Shown: positions 34,107 through 45,368, numbered from the stretch's first letter. The stretch is 64,000 nucleotides of DNA from Methanomassiliicoccaceae archaeon (GCA_963728405.1 CAVSJV010000007.1:305817-369816); one strand, 5' to 3'. Numbers and translations are program-made. The notes: generated by a model not told the origin, from the sequence alone.

Positions 34107-35456
34107 TCACACCGTCATGATGTATCGCTCTAGCTCCCAGGGAGTGACCTGGCGCTTGTATTCTGACCACTCTCTGCTCTTGATACATATGTAGTTGTGG
34201 AAGATGTGCTCACCGAGTGTTTCTCTCATGAGCTCGCTGCTCGCGATATGGTCTAGGGCCTCTCCAAGGTTCTCTGGTAGATTCTCTATCCCGAGGGACC
34301 TCCGCTCCTCGCCGGTCATCGAAAAGGTGTCCTTCTCGACTGGCTCCATCGGATGGAGGTTCTTCACTATTCCGTCGAGGCCTGCGGCGAGCATTACGGC
34401 GAACTGGAGATAGGGATTGCCGGCCGGGTCGGGGTTTCGGTGTTCCAGCCTCGTCCCCTTGCCCCTCATGCCGGGGACCCTTATGAGGGCACTGCGATTA
34501 CGGCACGCCCAGCTTATGTAACAGGGGGCCTCGTAGCCAGGCATGAGGCGCTTGTAGGAATTGATGTGGGATGTTAGGATGCCGCAGGTCTCCTTGGCGT
34601 GAGTGAGCAGCCCACCAACGTATTTGAGGGCAGCATCGCTAAGGCCATATTCTCCATCGGGATCATCGAAGGCGTTCTCGCCGTTCTTCGTGGCCAGGGA
34701 CTGGTGCACATGCATGGCGTTGCCGTTCTCATCCTGAAAGGGCTTGGGCATGAAGGTGGCATGCAGTCCGTTCAACTTGGATATGGTCCTGACCCCGAAC
34801 TTCATGGTCATGACCCGATCGGCCAGAGTGAGGGCGTCCCCGTACCTCAGTTTGATCTCTTGCTGCCCTGGAGCCACCTCATGATGGGATGCCTCGATTC
34901 GAAAGCCCATCTGGTTGAAGTAGGTCACGAGTTCTTTCCTCACCCTCTCTCCCTGGTCCAAGGGCATGAGGTCGAAGTACCTCCCCTTGTCACAGGCTCT
35001 GGGGATGCCGTTAGTGGTCTCTCCTGGCTTCAGTAGGAAGAACTCCATCTCCGGGCCCACGTTGAAGGTGAACCCCAGCTCCATGGCCCTGTCCATCACT
35101 CGTTCCAGGATCAGGCGGGGGTCTCCTTGGAATCGTTTTCCGCTATGGTCGTAGATCTTGCACAACAGGCGGGCGGTCTTAAGGTCCGTTCCACAGGTCC
35201 AAGGGTAGATCTGAAGGGAGTCCAGGATGGGGGTCCCCTTCAGATCGGACTCTTCCACCGTGGCATAACCAAGGATGGAGGAACCGTCGATGGGTACCCC
35301 TTCATCGATGGCCTCATCCAAGCTTTCGGTCGGAATGGAAACGCTCTTCACCGTTCCCAAAATGTCCGAGAACTGCATCTCCACGAACTTTACATTCTCC
35401 TTCTTTACCAGTTCCAAAACCGTCTCCTTGGTGGAGGCATTCTCTGTCGATGCCAT
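34107..35456 (-). CDS. glnA: Glutamine synthetase type I
   Basis: DGSSI, GPEMEFF, HHEVAPGQQE, ATFMPKP, NSYKRL.PGYEAP, NRSALIR. Confidence 0.93.
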   Translation of the reverse strand: MASTENASTKETVLELVKKENVKFVEMQFSDILGTVKSVSIPTESLDEAIDEGVPIDGSSILGYATVEESDLKGTPILDSLQIYPWTCGTDLKTARLLCKIYDHSGKRFQGDPRLILERVMDRAMELGFTFNVGPEMEFFLLKPGETTNGIPRACDKGRYFDLMPLDQGERVRKELVTYFNQMGFRIEASHHEVAPGQQEIKLRYGDALTLADRVMTMKFGVRTISKLNGLHATFMPKPFQDENGNAMHVHQSLATKNGENAFDDPDGEYGLSDAALKYVGGLLTHAKETCGILTSHINSYKRLMPGYEAPCYISWACRNRSALIRVPGMRGKGTRLEHRNPDPAGNPYLQFAVMLAAGLDGIVKNLHPMEPVEKDTFSMTGEERRSLGIENLPENLGEALDHIASSELMRETLGEHIFHNYICIKSREWSEYKRQVTPWELERYIMTV

Positions 35457-36054
35457 CGAGCCGTGAGAAGGGTTGACATGTAAAGTAATTTTTCAGAAAC
35501 AGTTATAATGGATGAGGGGAGGGGCAAGAGCAACGAGCGGCTACCATCTGGTCCGAAAGCACGAGCGGCGTCTTTGACCTACATAGTAACGTTCAATGGA
35601 AAATGAGTGAGGATCAGCTCCAGGCGGCGAAGGGGATGCGGGTCAGGTGCCCGAACCCCTGGTGGAAGATGGGGTCAAGAGAACGGTCGGGTCGAGCACC
35701 GGTCCGACGGCAGCCCTACAGAACGCCGTCCTTGAGGATCGGGGGAGATCAGGGACCTGTTCAGATGGAAGTATGCGCGCTCGAATCGTCATCAAAGTAA
35801 AGGGCACGGTCTTGAGCATCGAATGACCTGGCTCGCGTGAGGAAATGCCCCCATCGCCACCAGTATGCGGTGTGCCCATCGGGTAGGGGCGCTGATGGGG
35901 TCAAGCGCCGGAACGGCACAAACCGCGTATTCGTACTACGATAGCTACCCCCTCACCAATACTGGACCTCACATCATCGATCCCCGGATCCATCGCGAAC
36001 TGTGGCCCACTTGTCGAATATGCTTTAATAATCAACCGGCCAATCTTTATTATC

Positions 36055-36567
36055 ATGGACCCGATCGATTTCGACACTGGCATAAGTCTCACATCCCCTT
36101 TGCCGTACGCTCTCGTCACCTCCATCGACGGGGAGGGCCGACCTAACGCGATGGGAGTGGCCTGGCTCACCAGGGTTTCCTTCTCTCCGTTCTTGATGAT
36201 GGCGTCTATCGGGAAGAACCGGTATTCCCATAGTGGTATCGCCCAGAACAAGGAGTTCGTCATATGTTACCCGGCAGCCGACCAGGAGAAGGGCGCACTT
36301 TTTTGTGGAACGCACTCCGGAAGGGACGGAGACAAGCTATCTCGGTCCGGCCTAACGGTCGCACCCTCGACCAAGGTAAGGCCGCCCACGATCCAGGATT
36401 GCACCGTGGCCCTAGAATGCAAGGTCGTCAGCGCCTATGATGCCGGAGACCATACGTTATTCATCGGCGAGGTTGTCGCCGTCACCGGCAGCCCACTTAG
36501 GCCCAAGCACCTGTTCGTGACCACCGGCAGTAAGATGGTGGCGATGGATAGTAAGGGCAACCTCTGA
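36055..36567 (+). CDS. Flavin reductase/flavoredoxin-like protein
   Basis: PNAM, CGTHSGRD.DK, LECKV, GDHTLFIGEV. Confidence 0.9.
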   Translation: MDPIDFDTGISLTSPLPYALVTSIDGEGRPNAMGVAWLTRVSFSPFLMMASIGKNRYSHSGIAQNKEFVICYPAADQEKGALFCGTHSGRDGDKLSRSGLTVAPSTKVRPPTIQDCTVALECKVVSAYDAGDHTLFIGEVVAVTGSPLRPKHLFVTTGSKMVAMDSKGNL

Positions 36568-36719
36568 TCGGTCCTCGGCCGACAGGAATATCAAGGGGGA
36601 GCTGAAATGACAATTATGGAGGGACGGCCTCTATTGCTGTTCCGTACGCTTGAGAAAGCGCACGTTGTCGTGCCGCCCCTCTCCATACATAATTATGTTC
36701 GGGATTCTCATTCTTCATC

Positions 36720-37472
36720 ATGAGGCGCGAGCACATCGGTGAGGAGTTCCAACGAGCGACCAAGCATGGTCGGGCCACGCTCGAAGGCAGGGCTCTCGAC
36801 TGGGCCTCCAAGCCTCCAATTTATAAGAGCTATCCGGACTCTGAGAGGATGCAATTGCCCCTCCCCTCTCGCAGTGCCCTCCCCCTTGACGAGGCAATAA
36901 GAAAAAGGAAGAGCGTGAGGACCTTCTCGGACCAACCCATGATCCTGGATGAGCTGTCCTATGTCCTATGGGCATCCACGGGAATAAGGGACTCGCGAGG
37001 CGGGCAGGATTTTCGCACCACTCCTTCGGCCGGAGCCCTATATCCGATCGAGACATACATCATTGCGAATTCTGTACAAGGGATCGATGCCGGCCTCTAC
37101 CATTACGATATCAAGGGCCATGCATTGGAATTGCTTTGGAGCGGCGAGCTGGGCAAAGGGATCGCTCATGCTGCGCTCGAGCAGGACATGTGCGCCCACG
37201 CCCCCATCGTGCTGATCTGGACCGCCATCTTCGAACGTTCCCGATGGAAGTACGGGCAACGAGCTTATCGCTACGTCTATCTGGATGCGGGTCATGTGGC
37301 CGCGAATCTTGCCCTGTCGGCGGTGGCCATGGGCATGGGCTCCTGTCAGATTGCGGCGACATTCGACGATGAGGTCAACGAGCTTTTGGGCATTGATGGG
37401 GTCGAGGAAAGTGTCCTTTACCTGTCCGTGGTCGGCCACCCCGCTCTGCCTGGCCCCCCGTCATTCTTTTAA
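36720..37472 (+). CDS. SagB/ThcOx-like nitroreductase
   Basis: RKSVR, RTTPSAGALYP, KYGQRAYRY..LDAGH. Confidence 0.9.
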   Translation: MRREHIGEEFQRATKHGRATLEGRALDWASKPPIYKSYPDSERMQLPLPSRSALPLDEAIRKRKSVRTFSDQPMILDELSYVLWASTGIRDSRGGQDFRTTPSAGALYPIETYIIANSVQGIDAGLYHYDIKGHALELLWSGELGKGIAHAALEQDMCAHAPIVLIWTAIFERSRWKYGQRAYRYVYLDAGHVAANLALSAVAMGMGSCQIAATFDDEVNELLGIDGVEESVLYLSVVGHPALPGPPSFF

Positions 37473-38082
37473 TGGGCCAGACTCCCAGGTATAAGCGAAC
37501 CTATGGGGTCGAAGAAGGCAACGCCCGGGGTCCCGGAGAACAAGGGGGACGATCTGCCAGACGCCATAGGGCCTCCCGGGTCGGGTCCGGAGAGGCCGGA
37601 CTTGATCGAGCCTCCGTCGAAAGGAAAAAAGTCCTGGGTCCAAAGGGGATCAAGTGAGCTGATCACAGCTCGATCGGGCGATACGAGCGGAAAGTGTCTC
37701 CCGACATTTGTTGAAACCGAAGGACGGATCAGGGTGAGGGCTAGCAAGGCGGCGTCGGCGGAGCTATCGAGCCGACGATCACTGAGCAGTGGGAGGGTCA
37801 GCTCGATCCGAGGGGCCGCCCCATGAGGCCCGTTGCCATCCCACGCACTGGCAACGGAACGCCCCCATCGGGGAAGGTCGCGGACAACATACGATCCCTT
37901 CTGGTCGGGCGCTTATTTTTGTGACCGCCCATTTGGCAACTCTGAAATGGATCACAGGGAGGCCCGCCCACCAGCGATGCCAAGCTAGAAATAGAATCGG
38001 ATTATTCCTCAACTAAGCGGCCTTGGGCTCGAACTACGCTGGAACTGGTTCCAGCGGAGCCTCGTGGTCTTGGACCGAACAT

Positions 38083-38155
38083 AGCCCCGTAGTGTAGTGG
38101 TCAATCATGCCGGCCTTTGGAGCCAGCGACGGCAGTTCGAATCTGCCCGGGGCTA
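38083..38155 (+). tRNA. tRNA-Gln(TTG)
   Basis: A1-U72 acceptor AGCCCCG/CGGGGCT, loop CTTTGGA, TTCGAAT. Confidence 0.93.
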
Positions 38156-38485
38156 CTTCCTATTCTTCTAGGATCGCCATTATTGCACTCTCAGGGTCCT
38201 CGTTTAGCGCTCTATGCAACTCCTTGATATCGAAAGGTCCGGGGGGGAGAGCATCCTGTCATGCGCCCGACCGACGACGGCCTGAGGCATCTTGAGGGGG
38301 TGGGCACCTGCGCGGTCGCCTGCACGTCCCACGGATCCCGGGGTCCACCGGGCCACCTCAATGGGCCCCAAGGTCCGACCATGGGGCTCCACCGAACGGT
38401 TCAGGTCCAAGACGGACACGGCCATGTGGTCAGTGCGACGGAACACGAGATCGCTGCTCGGTCAACGGCCCCATGATGGCGAGCG

Positions 38486-39004
38486 TCACCATCGTTCCGA
38501 ATGGACCAATTCTTCGATCTTGACCCGGGGCGGTTGGCGCCCCTCCTTTTTGGGCTTTCCAATGGGCAGTATGGCCACCGGCCGGGCATGGTCCGGGAGA
38601 CCTAAGGCCTCGGACACTCGCCATTCATCGAACGTCCCCACCCAGCATGACCCGTACCCCTGTGCCGCTATGTACAGTAGGATGTTCTCGATCGAGGCCG
38701 CCACATCCTGGAGGCAGAACAGGTCCCGCCCTCTTGGTCCGTACTCGATGATCCGGTCCAGGTTGGCGCAGCAGACGATGACCACCGGGGCTTCAGCGAT
38801 GTACATCTGGTCGTGAGCGGCGACGGCCAGCCCTTTCTTGGTACCCTCATTTCTGATCACTACAAAGTCCCTGGCCTGCAGGTTCCCTGCCGACGGCGCC
38901 AGATTCGCCATCAGCAATGCCTCGTTCACGATCTCGTCCGGCACCGGTTCGTCGGTGAAGCCTCTGACGCTCCTCCGCATCTTGAAACACTCGTTCAGGT
39001 CCAA
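38486..39004 (-). CDS. Nitroreductase family protein
   Basis: RRSVR, APSAGNLQ, GYGSCWVG. Confidence 0.9.
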   Translation of the reverse strand: MDLNECFKMRRSVRGFTDEPVPDEIVNEALLMANLAPSAGNLQARDFVVIRNEGTKKGLAVAAHDQMYIAEAPVVIVCCANLDRIIEYGPRGRDLFCLQDVAASIENILLYIAAQGYGSCWVGTFDEWRVSEALGLPDHARPVAILPIGKPKKEGRQPPRVKIEELVHSERW

Positions 39005-39110
39005 TTGTCCTTCGCTCCCGGTAATAATCGGGACCAGCGGTATTTATCTTTCTCTGCGATTAGAATAAATGTTCAGTAACCTTTTTCAGGTCCCCGTCCA
39101 TCACCCGGTC

Positions 39111-39338
39111 GTGAGCGTGGAGTGCACCATCGAGCTAGAGTATGGCCAAGAGGATGAGGCTATGGCGGTCTTGAACGCCATATCTCCAGACAACGCCCCA
39201 TACGCCGAGGCCACCCTGCACGGGAGCAAGATCATCATCCGTTCCCTCTCCCATACCTGCCCGCAGATGCTGCACACCATGGAGGACCTCCTGGCCTGCC
39301 TGCGGGTGGCGGAGGAGACCGTCCAGGCATCGAAGTGA
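39111..39338 (+). CDS. KEOPS subunit Pcc1-like protein
   Basis: ~75 aa; AISPDN...TMEDLLACLRVAE. Confidence 0.65.
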   Translation: MSVECTIELEYGQEDEAMAVLNAISPDNAPYAEATLHGSKIIIRSLSHTCPQMLHTMEDLLACLRVAEETVQASK

Positions 39339-41291
39339 TCAGAGCTTGATCCCTTCTCGGACCTTGACTGCGATACCAGTGCGGAAGGCGAACATCTCTT
39401 CCCTCGTCAGCAGAGCACGGCCGAGGGCAACCAGATCATCATTTTTGTCCACGATCATGACCTCATCCATCGGACGAACCTCCGGATCACATTCCTGAAC
39501 AAAGGCGCAGAAGACGTTCTTCCCTTCTCGGTTGAACGGGATGGCATCATCCTTCACCACCACTCTAAGCTTGGGCGAGGGAAACCCTCTCTTGAGCCGG
39601 ACCGCGCCTGGAGGACGTAAGGTGAAGAAGCCGTCGTTCGCCCTCATCGATAGTATGTGCTCCTTGTCGACCAGGACATTGCGTATCTTTCCGGTGGTCT
39701 CCGATTTCTTGATCTCGATCTTACCGGCGAGCAGAATGTCGGCCGCTCCCTTGCCGAACTGGTAGTCCGATACCGCCCTGACCCTGGCGATGTCCATGTC
39801 GAAGGATGAGGGTTTCTGGCACATCATGGCCAGGACGTCTATCGTTGCTTGCCCGTCCCAGGCCACTCCCAGCGCGTAAGTATGCTCATGGGACAAGTGC
39901 TCCATCTGCTCGCGGATCCGCTCCTTGGTCTCCAGATCGGGGGGAGAGGGGAACAGGGACTGCGCCACCGGATACATCTCGTCGAGCTCGATGGGCACTG
40001 GCCCGATGGGGGAAGCCACGAAGAAGTGGGCATCGCACGATCCGAGGACATCAGCGATCTGCTGTTGATAGTGTCTTCCATAGGGCTTGCCGCCCTCCTC
40101 GAACGCCACCATGACCTCGGTCGAGGGGTACTGGTACCGTTCAAAGAACCTTTTCTCGTAGCGAAGGAATGCCGGCCGGCCTAGGGTCTCCGGACCAGTG
40201 TACAATATGCAGTTGTCCCGGCTGATCGGTTCGAACTTCTCCAGGTACTCCTGGTGCTTGCCCAGGCGCCTCAGGGCGCTCAGGAGGGCGGGATGGGCGC
40301 GGCAACGCCTCTCCACAAGCTCCCAGAGGTCCCCCTCAAGGATCGCCCGCTTGATCCTCTGGATCTCCTCTAGGGAGGCCCATAGATTGTGGCGGGCGAT
40401 GAGCGCGGTCCGTTCCGCCGGCTTCATGGCGGTGATCTCCTGGTAGGTGTGGGACTGGCAGGCGGGGCAGTGGCAGTGGATATCCTTCATGTCCGAGAGG
40501 CTGGCCGTCCCCTCGGGGAACATGAAGCGGTCGTCCCGGGCGAACTTGGCGTAGGATGCGGAGTCGAACATGTCGCAGCCCAGAAGGGTGGCCAGGGCGA
40601 ACACCATGGGGTGCCCGGCGCCGAACAGATGGACCGGTCGGCTGGGGTCCAGCCCCTTCTTCGAAGCTACGATCACATCGACGAGGTCGGCGAACCGATA
40701 TTGTTCCATGAGCGGGACCACGCCACCGATAGGGTGGACGTCCACGTCGATCAGGGCAAGGCGGCGGGCACAGTCCTCTCTCAGGTCCTCGAAGATCGAT
40801 CCCTGTACCACCCCGGCCAGCAGCATCTTGCCCTTGAGGGTGGCCGCTTCCACGGTGCGGTCCATGGTCACATCGACGGCGCGCATAGTCTTTTCCTTGG
40901 TCCAATCCGGCTCGGTGAATATGTCCAGTACGGTGCCTATGTCGGCGCCAATCTCCCGCTGGAAGTTGATGATGTCCTCGTTCCTGAGCTCGACCTCGCC
41001 GTACATATGCGACTGGAACGTCCCAGAATCGGTCATTATGACCCCTGGGAAGTCCAACATGGCGTGGAGCCCCTCGCTCTTGGCCCGGGGATTAAGCTTG
41101 GGATCGTTCTTGATGATGTAGGAGTTGGTGATGAGGGCCCGGAAGCCGAACACGTCGTACAGTTCCCGGGGAGGGACGGTGACCAGCCGGGGATTGACCA
41201 CCGGCAGAAGGGCGGGCGTTTCCAGCGGACCGTGGGCGGTATCCAGCTTTCCGATCCTGGCCAGGCCGTCCCGCCTGATGAGCTCGAACAT
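39339..41291 (-). CDS. tgtA: Archaeosine tRNA-guanine(15) transglycosylase with PUA domain
   Basis: ETPALLPV, MTDSGTFQ, PVHLFGAGHP, FDSA, CHCPAC, C-terminal PUA. Confidence 0.95.
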   Translation of the reverse strand: MFELIRRDGLARIGKLDTAHGPLETPALLPVVNPRLVTVPPRELYDVFGFRALITNSYIIKNDPKLNPRAKSEGLHAMLDFPGVIMTDSGTFQSHMYGEVELRNEDIINFQREIGADIGTVLDIFTEPDWTKEKTMRAVDVTMDRTVEAATLKGKMLLAGVVQGSIFEDLREDCARRLALIDVDVHPIGGVVPLMEQYRFADLVDVIVASKKGLDPSRPVHLFGAGHPMVFALATLLGCDMFDSASYAKFARDDRFMFPEGTASLSDMKDIHCHCPACQSHTYQEITAMKPAERTALIARHNLWASLEEIQRIKRAILEGDLWELVERRCRAHPALLSALRRLGKHQEYLEKFEPISRDNCILYTGPETLGRPAFLRYEKRFFERYQYPSTEVMVAFEEGGKPYGRHYQQQIADVLGSCDAHFFVASPIGPVPIELDEMYPVAQSLFPSPPDLETKERIREQMEHLSHEHTYALGVAWDGQATIDVLAMMCQKPSSFDMDIARVRAVSDYQFGKGAADILLAGKIEIKKSETTGKIRNVLVDKEHILSMRANDGFFTLRPPGAVRLKRGFPSPKLRVVVKDDAIPFNREGKNVFCAFVQECDPEVRPMDEVMIVDKNDDLVALGRALLTREEMFAFRTGIAVKVREGIKL

Positions 41292-41362
41292 GGTTCATGG
41301 GATGGCAGGGAAATAGATAAGGCTTTACCGGGGCCGGGATCCTGGATTCGTACTGCGCATCA

Positions 41363-41550
41363 GTGGCCCTTCACCGCCCTAATCTCCCATCGGCAAGGCG
41401 CTGCGATCATTGGGACCTGACCGGCCGCCGAGGCGCTCCGCATAAGGCGGGCCATCGCCCCAAATAGCGTGGCGAACAACGGGTCAGTGGTCGGGTTGAC
41501 CCCAATGATCTCTGCGATCTCCGATGGTTCGGGAGCTTCACCAGGGCCAC
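41363..41550 (-). ncRNA. Candidate ~190-nt structured RNA with terminal K-turn
   Basis: Four nested perfect helices plus tandem-GA K-turn geometry (see findings); strand inferred. Confidence 0.5.
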
Positions 41551-41621
41551 GTGCTTCCCCATGGGGTCCGCCATCTTTTAATCCTATAAATGTCGTCCCT
41601 TCACCAATCTCTGGTATGTTT

Positions 41622-41975
41622 ATGGAATACAAGATGGTCATAGTGGTCCGGTCCGACCTCAAGATATCAGCAGGCAAGATGGCCGCGCAGGTCGCGCACG
41701 CCGCGGTGAATTGTGCCTTTGCCGCCAAGAAGAGGACCCCCGACTGGTTCGATCGGTGGTACGCCGAGGGTCAGCGTAAGGTCGTGGTGAAGGTGCCGAC
41801 CCTGGATGATCTGTATGAGGTCAAGAGCAACGCCGAGGCTCTCAAGTTGGTCACTTCGCTCATCACCGACGCGGGCATGACCGAGATCCCCCCGAACACC
41901 GTGACCTGTCTGGGCATCGGCCCGGGGCCGAGCGATGTTCTGGACAAGGTGACCGGGCACCTCAAGCTGGTATGA
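41622..41975 (+). CDS. pth2: Peptidyl-tRNA hydrolase Pth2
   Basis: KMVIVVRSDL, GKMAAQVAHA, DAGMTE, GIGP. Confidence 0.95.
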   Translation: MEYKMVIVVRSDLKISAGKMAAQVAHAAVNCAFAAKKRTPDWFDRWYAEGQRKVVVKVPTLDDLYEVKSNAEALKLVTSLITDAGMTEIPPNTVTCLGIGPGPSDVLDKVTGHLKLV

Positions 41976-42550
41976 GCTTGAAGCATCAGATCAGGGTGCT
42001 GGGTATCGATGATTCCCCCTTCACTTTCCAGACCAAGAAGGCCCTGATCGTGGGCGTGGTGGCGCGTTTGCCCATGTACATCGAGGGGATCATGCGCACC
42101 GAGATCGCCGTGGATGGCAGTGATGCCAACGAAGCCATCATCTCCATGCTCGGCCGCTCCCGATACCGTGAGCAGGTCCGCCTGATCATGTTCGATGGAG
42201 TGACCGTGGGAGGTTTCAATGTCATCGACATCGACCGCATTCACGAGGGGACAGGCATACCGTGCGCCACCGTCACTCGGGAGATGCCCGACTTTGACCG
42301 CATGGAGGGGGCGCTGCGTAGCCACTTCCCCGATTGGCAGGCCCGCCTCGCGGTCATCAAGAAAAAACCACTGTTCAATGTCGGCCCAAGACGCCGCTCG
42401 CTTTATGCAACGCTATCGGGGATAGACGCGGAGACTTTCGAAACGATCCTGGCCGAGTGCACCGTCCAGGGGCGCCTCCCCGAGCCGTTGCGGATAGCTC
42501 ACCTGATCTCCAGCGCCATGGTCCTGGGCGAATCCCACGGTCGGGCCTAG
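41972..42550 (+). CDS. DUF99 / endonuclease V-like protein
   Basis: RVLGIDD, VDGSDA, DGVTVGGFN, PEPLRIAH. Confidence 0.85.
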   Translation: MSLKHQIRVLGIDDSPFTFQTKKALIVGVVARLPMYIEGIMRTEIAVDGSDANEAIISMLGRSRYREQVRLIMFDGVTVGGFNVIDIDRIHEGTGIPCATVTREMPDFDRMEGALRSHFPDWQARLAVIKKKPLFNVGPRRRSLYATLSGIDAETFETILAECTVQGRLPEPLRIAHLISSAMVLGESHGRA

Positions 42551-43215
42551 GCTTCCTGGTCCAGACCTTGCTTCAAGGCAGTGCAGAGATCGGAGCTTAC
42601 GGGGTCACCGCATTCCATCATGACCTCACTGCTGTCGCCAGCCTGCTTGGTGATAGTGATGGACACCTTGCTCTTGGGCAAGTTGATCGATGTCCTCTTG
42701 CCGGAATGGACGATATTGTAGTCCTCCTGGCGAGAAGCACAGACGGTCTTGATATCTGAGGTTAGGTCCTCCGGTCCCTGGTGGTAGAACCTGATGTCCG
42801 TCCGTTCGTTGCGGTCCTTGTTCCTGGAGTTGTAGGCCATGACTGCGATGAGCAGAAGGGCAAGCAGGGCAAGCACCGCGAATGTAAGGGGCTGTTCCGG
42901 ATCTAGGCCTTTACTGCTCGAGATCACTGCGACCCCGAAGACCGAGGCTGCCGAGATATAGATCGTGCCGATAAGACCGGTCACCAGCCTCTGCGGCATG
43001 GTGTTCTTGGCCCAGCATTGATAATGTAGCCGCAGGGCCCGGTAGGCCGGATAGACCGTCAGGCCGGTCAAGCCAAGCGTCACTACGAACAGCGGCGTGA
43101 ACAGGCCGTCGTATAATATGTATGAATATAGCATAACGGCCAGAAGTATCGGTACGATCAATGCCAGAAACGTACTCGATGGCCTTCTGGGCCCTATCCA
43201 GCTGGCGAGCTGCAT
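42547..43215 (-). CDS. Hypothetical membrane protein (4 TM plus soluble domain)
   Basis: Four hydrophobic helices; clean ORF. Confidence 0.65.
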   Translation of the reverse strand: MQLASWIGPRRPSSTFLALIVPILLAVMLYSYILYDGLFTPLFVVTLGLTGLTVYPAYRALRLHYQCWAKNTMPQRLVTGLIGTIYISAASVFGVAVISSSKGLDPEQPLTFAVLALLALLLIAVMAYNSRNKDRNERTDIRFYHQGPEDLTSDIKTVCASRQEDYNIVHSGKRTSINLPKSKVSITITKQAGDSSEVMMECGDPVSSDLCTALKQGLDQEA

Positions 43216-44346
43216 CCCCTTCGTCGCCCATCATCCCATCCGGGAAGGGCATTCTGTTGGCCAGATAAATGGGTTTCTACAATAATCGCACGGAACGTTT
43301 CGTACGGGACCTATCCGATAGTGGTTTACACTATTATTGGTAGTATCATATGCACGCCATAGTAGCATACTCTTTATTGAATTCCGCGGGAATTCACAAG
43401 AACCACGGAGGCGTCACCACGAACGAAGCATGTTCCCACGGGTGCGAGGACGGATCGAACTTCTGCCCGATATGCGGGGCAAAGATGAGGGGGCACCGTT
43501 GGACATTCCTGATCAGGCCGCTATCTCCGACGAAGCTTCTGCTCCGCCGGTAGAATGCGAGCACTTGTGGCCCCCCCGCGGCGTTCGAAGGGAAAGGAAG
43601 GGGGATTGGTGGTGGCCTGACCACCACGGCGGTACTGGCCATGGCGATTATCGCTATGATCGCATCCAGTGGCGTATCTTACACGGGCAGCAATCGGGCC
43701 ACCACGTTGTCCTCGACCCTTGAGGACCATGTGATCAGGGCCGTCTCGGTGAGATGGATGTCCGAGAGCTTCGGAGGGGAGGACTTCACATTTGGGTGAC
43801 CGTGATCAACATGTGTAATGTCACCGGGGCGGCTACCATCTACCTCCTGATCTATGGCAATGATACTGAATTTGCCGATCTAACGGCCTCGGTAGTCCTA
43901 GACCCCGGCGTGGTGATGATCCATCCCTTCACCGTTTCTCTCTTCGAGCTGATCGAAGACAATCAACCCCGGTCGGCCACGGTGCTTGCCTGGATGGGTT
44001 GAATGTTCACTCGCTCGCTCCCCCCCCCGAACGTCCGTGCAGGGGGCATGCTTCTTTCATTTTCATAACGGTCGGCGCCAGATATATTTCCATTTTTTCG
44101 TCCGATATTAATTTTATATCATTTATGATATACAATAAAGAAGCAAAGCCGTCGTACCTAGCTCAGGTTCGCTCGGAAGAATAAAATAGCAACGGAGTTC
44201 ATCGAGGCCAGCAGTAAAATTGGCCAACCGAATGGTTTTAATACGGGTGTTCATTAAGAGTTAGCTGAACGGTCTCTGAAAAACCCTTAACTCTTAAATA
44301 TAACTATCATAATAAGGAGCCCGCTTCTGACAAAGAAGGTGAAACA

Positions 44347-44775
44347 TTGGCTAGAGGTCTTTACACGGCTAGGAAGCTCAAGAGCGACCGTCAAAAATTC
44401 AGATGGTCCGACAGCACATATAAGCGGAGAATGTTGAAGCTCCGGGAGAAGTCCGACCCCCTAGAGGGTGCGGCTCAGGCCCGTGGCATCGTACTGGAAA
44501 AGGTAGGTATCGAGGCCAAGCAACCCAACTCCGGCATCAGAAAGTGCGTCAAGGTCCAACTAATCAAGAATGGACGCCAGATCACCGCATTCGCGGTCGG
44601 AGACGGCGCCATCAACTTCATCGACGAGCACGACGAGGTCCTTGTTGAGGGCATCGGCGGTAGGATGGGAAGGTCATACGGTGACATTCCTGGTGTTCGT
44701 TACAAGGTGGTCCAGATCAACAACGTTTCTCTCAACGAGCTCGTTAGGGGCCGCAAGGAGAAGCCGGTGAGGTGA
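44347..44775 (+). CDS. rps12: 30S ribosomal protein S12 (uS12), TTG start
   Basis: [22 protein letters not shown]. Confidence 0.98.
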   Translation: MARGLYTARKLKSDRQKFRWSDSTYKRRMLKLREKSDPLEGAAQARGIVLEKVGIEAKQPNSGIRKCVKVQLIKNGRQITAFAVGDGAINFIDEHDEVLVEGIGGRMGRSYGDIPGVRYKVVQINNVSLNELVRGRKEKPVR

Positions 44776-45368
44776 ACACAGTGGAAGGAGATATTCAGAT
44801 TTCGAGCGGTGTGCTGCTCTTCGGCAAGTACGAAATGACTGGAATTGGCATCAGAGACGGCGGCCTAGCCAAATACATAGACCTCACCCCCGTCGCCATC
44901 CCTCACACGGGTGGAAAGCACGCCAACCGGTCCTTCGGGAAGTCCAAGGTCAGCATCGTAGAGCGCCTGGTCAACAATCTCATGAGGACCGAGGTCTACA
45001 CCGGAAAGAAGGCCAAGTCCATGGGATTGGTCAAGGATGCTTTCCAGATCATTGCTACCAAGACCAAGAAGAACCCGGTCCAGGTACTGGTCGAGGCATT
45101 GGAGAACGCCGCCCCCCGTGAGGAGATCACCCGGTTGCAGTTCGGTGGAATTTCCGTCCCTAAGGCCGTGGATGTAGGTCCGTCCAGGAGATTGGACATC
45201 GCCTTGAGGAACATCGCAAAGGGCACCGTTAATGCATCTTTCAAGAACAAGAAACCGGTCGAGGAATGCCTCGCCGATGAGCTCATCCTCGCCGCCAAGG
45301 GCGACATGAATTCGTTCTCCGTAGCTAAAAAAGAGGAGCTGGAGCGCGTAGCTTCGTCGGCCCGTTAA
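44772..45368 (+). CDS. rps7: 30S ribosomal protein S7
   Basis: [23 protein letters not shown]. Confidence 0.97.
   Translation: MNTVEGDIQISSGVLLFGKYEMTGIGIRDGGLAKYIDLTPVAIPHTGGKHANRSFGKSKVSIVERLVNNLMRTEVYTGKKAKSMGLVKDAFQIIATKTKKNPVQVLVEALENAAPREEITRLQFGGISVPKAVDVGPSRRLDIALRNIAKGTVNASFKNKKPVEECLADELILAAKGDMNSFSVAKKEELERVASSAR

Noticed and set aside
35457-35620. NrpR operator upstream of glnA
   Set aside because: No GGAA-N6-TTCC found
36720-37472. RiPP (TOMM) cluster around the SagB-like gene
   Set aside because: No YcaO or precursor peptide nearby; stand-alone SagB-like proteins are common in archaea
41398-41424. SRP RNA helix-8-like string GGTCAGGTCC..GCAGC on the minus strand
   Set aside because: No GNRA loop or AGCA strand, no Alu domain, and the bases are used in a longer helix
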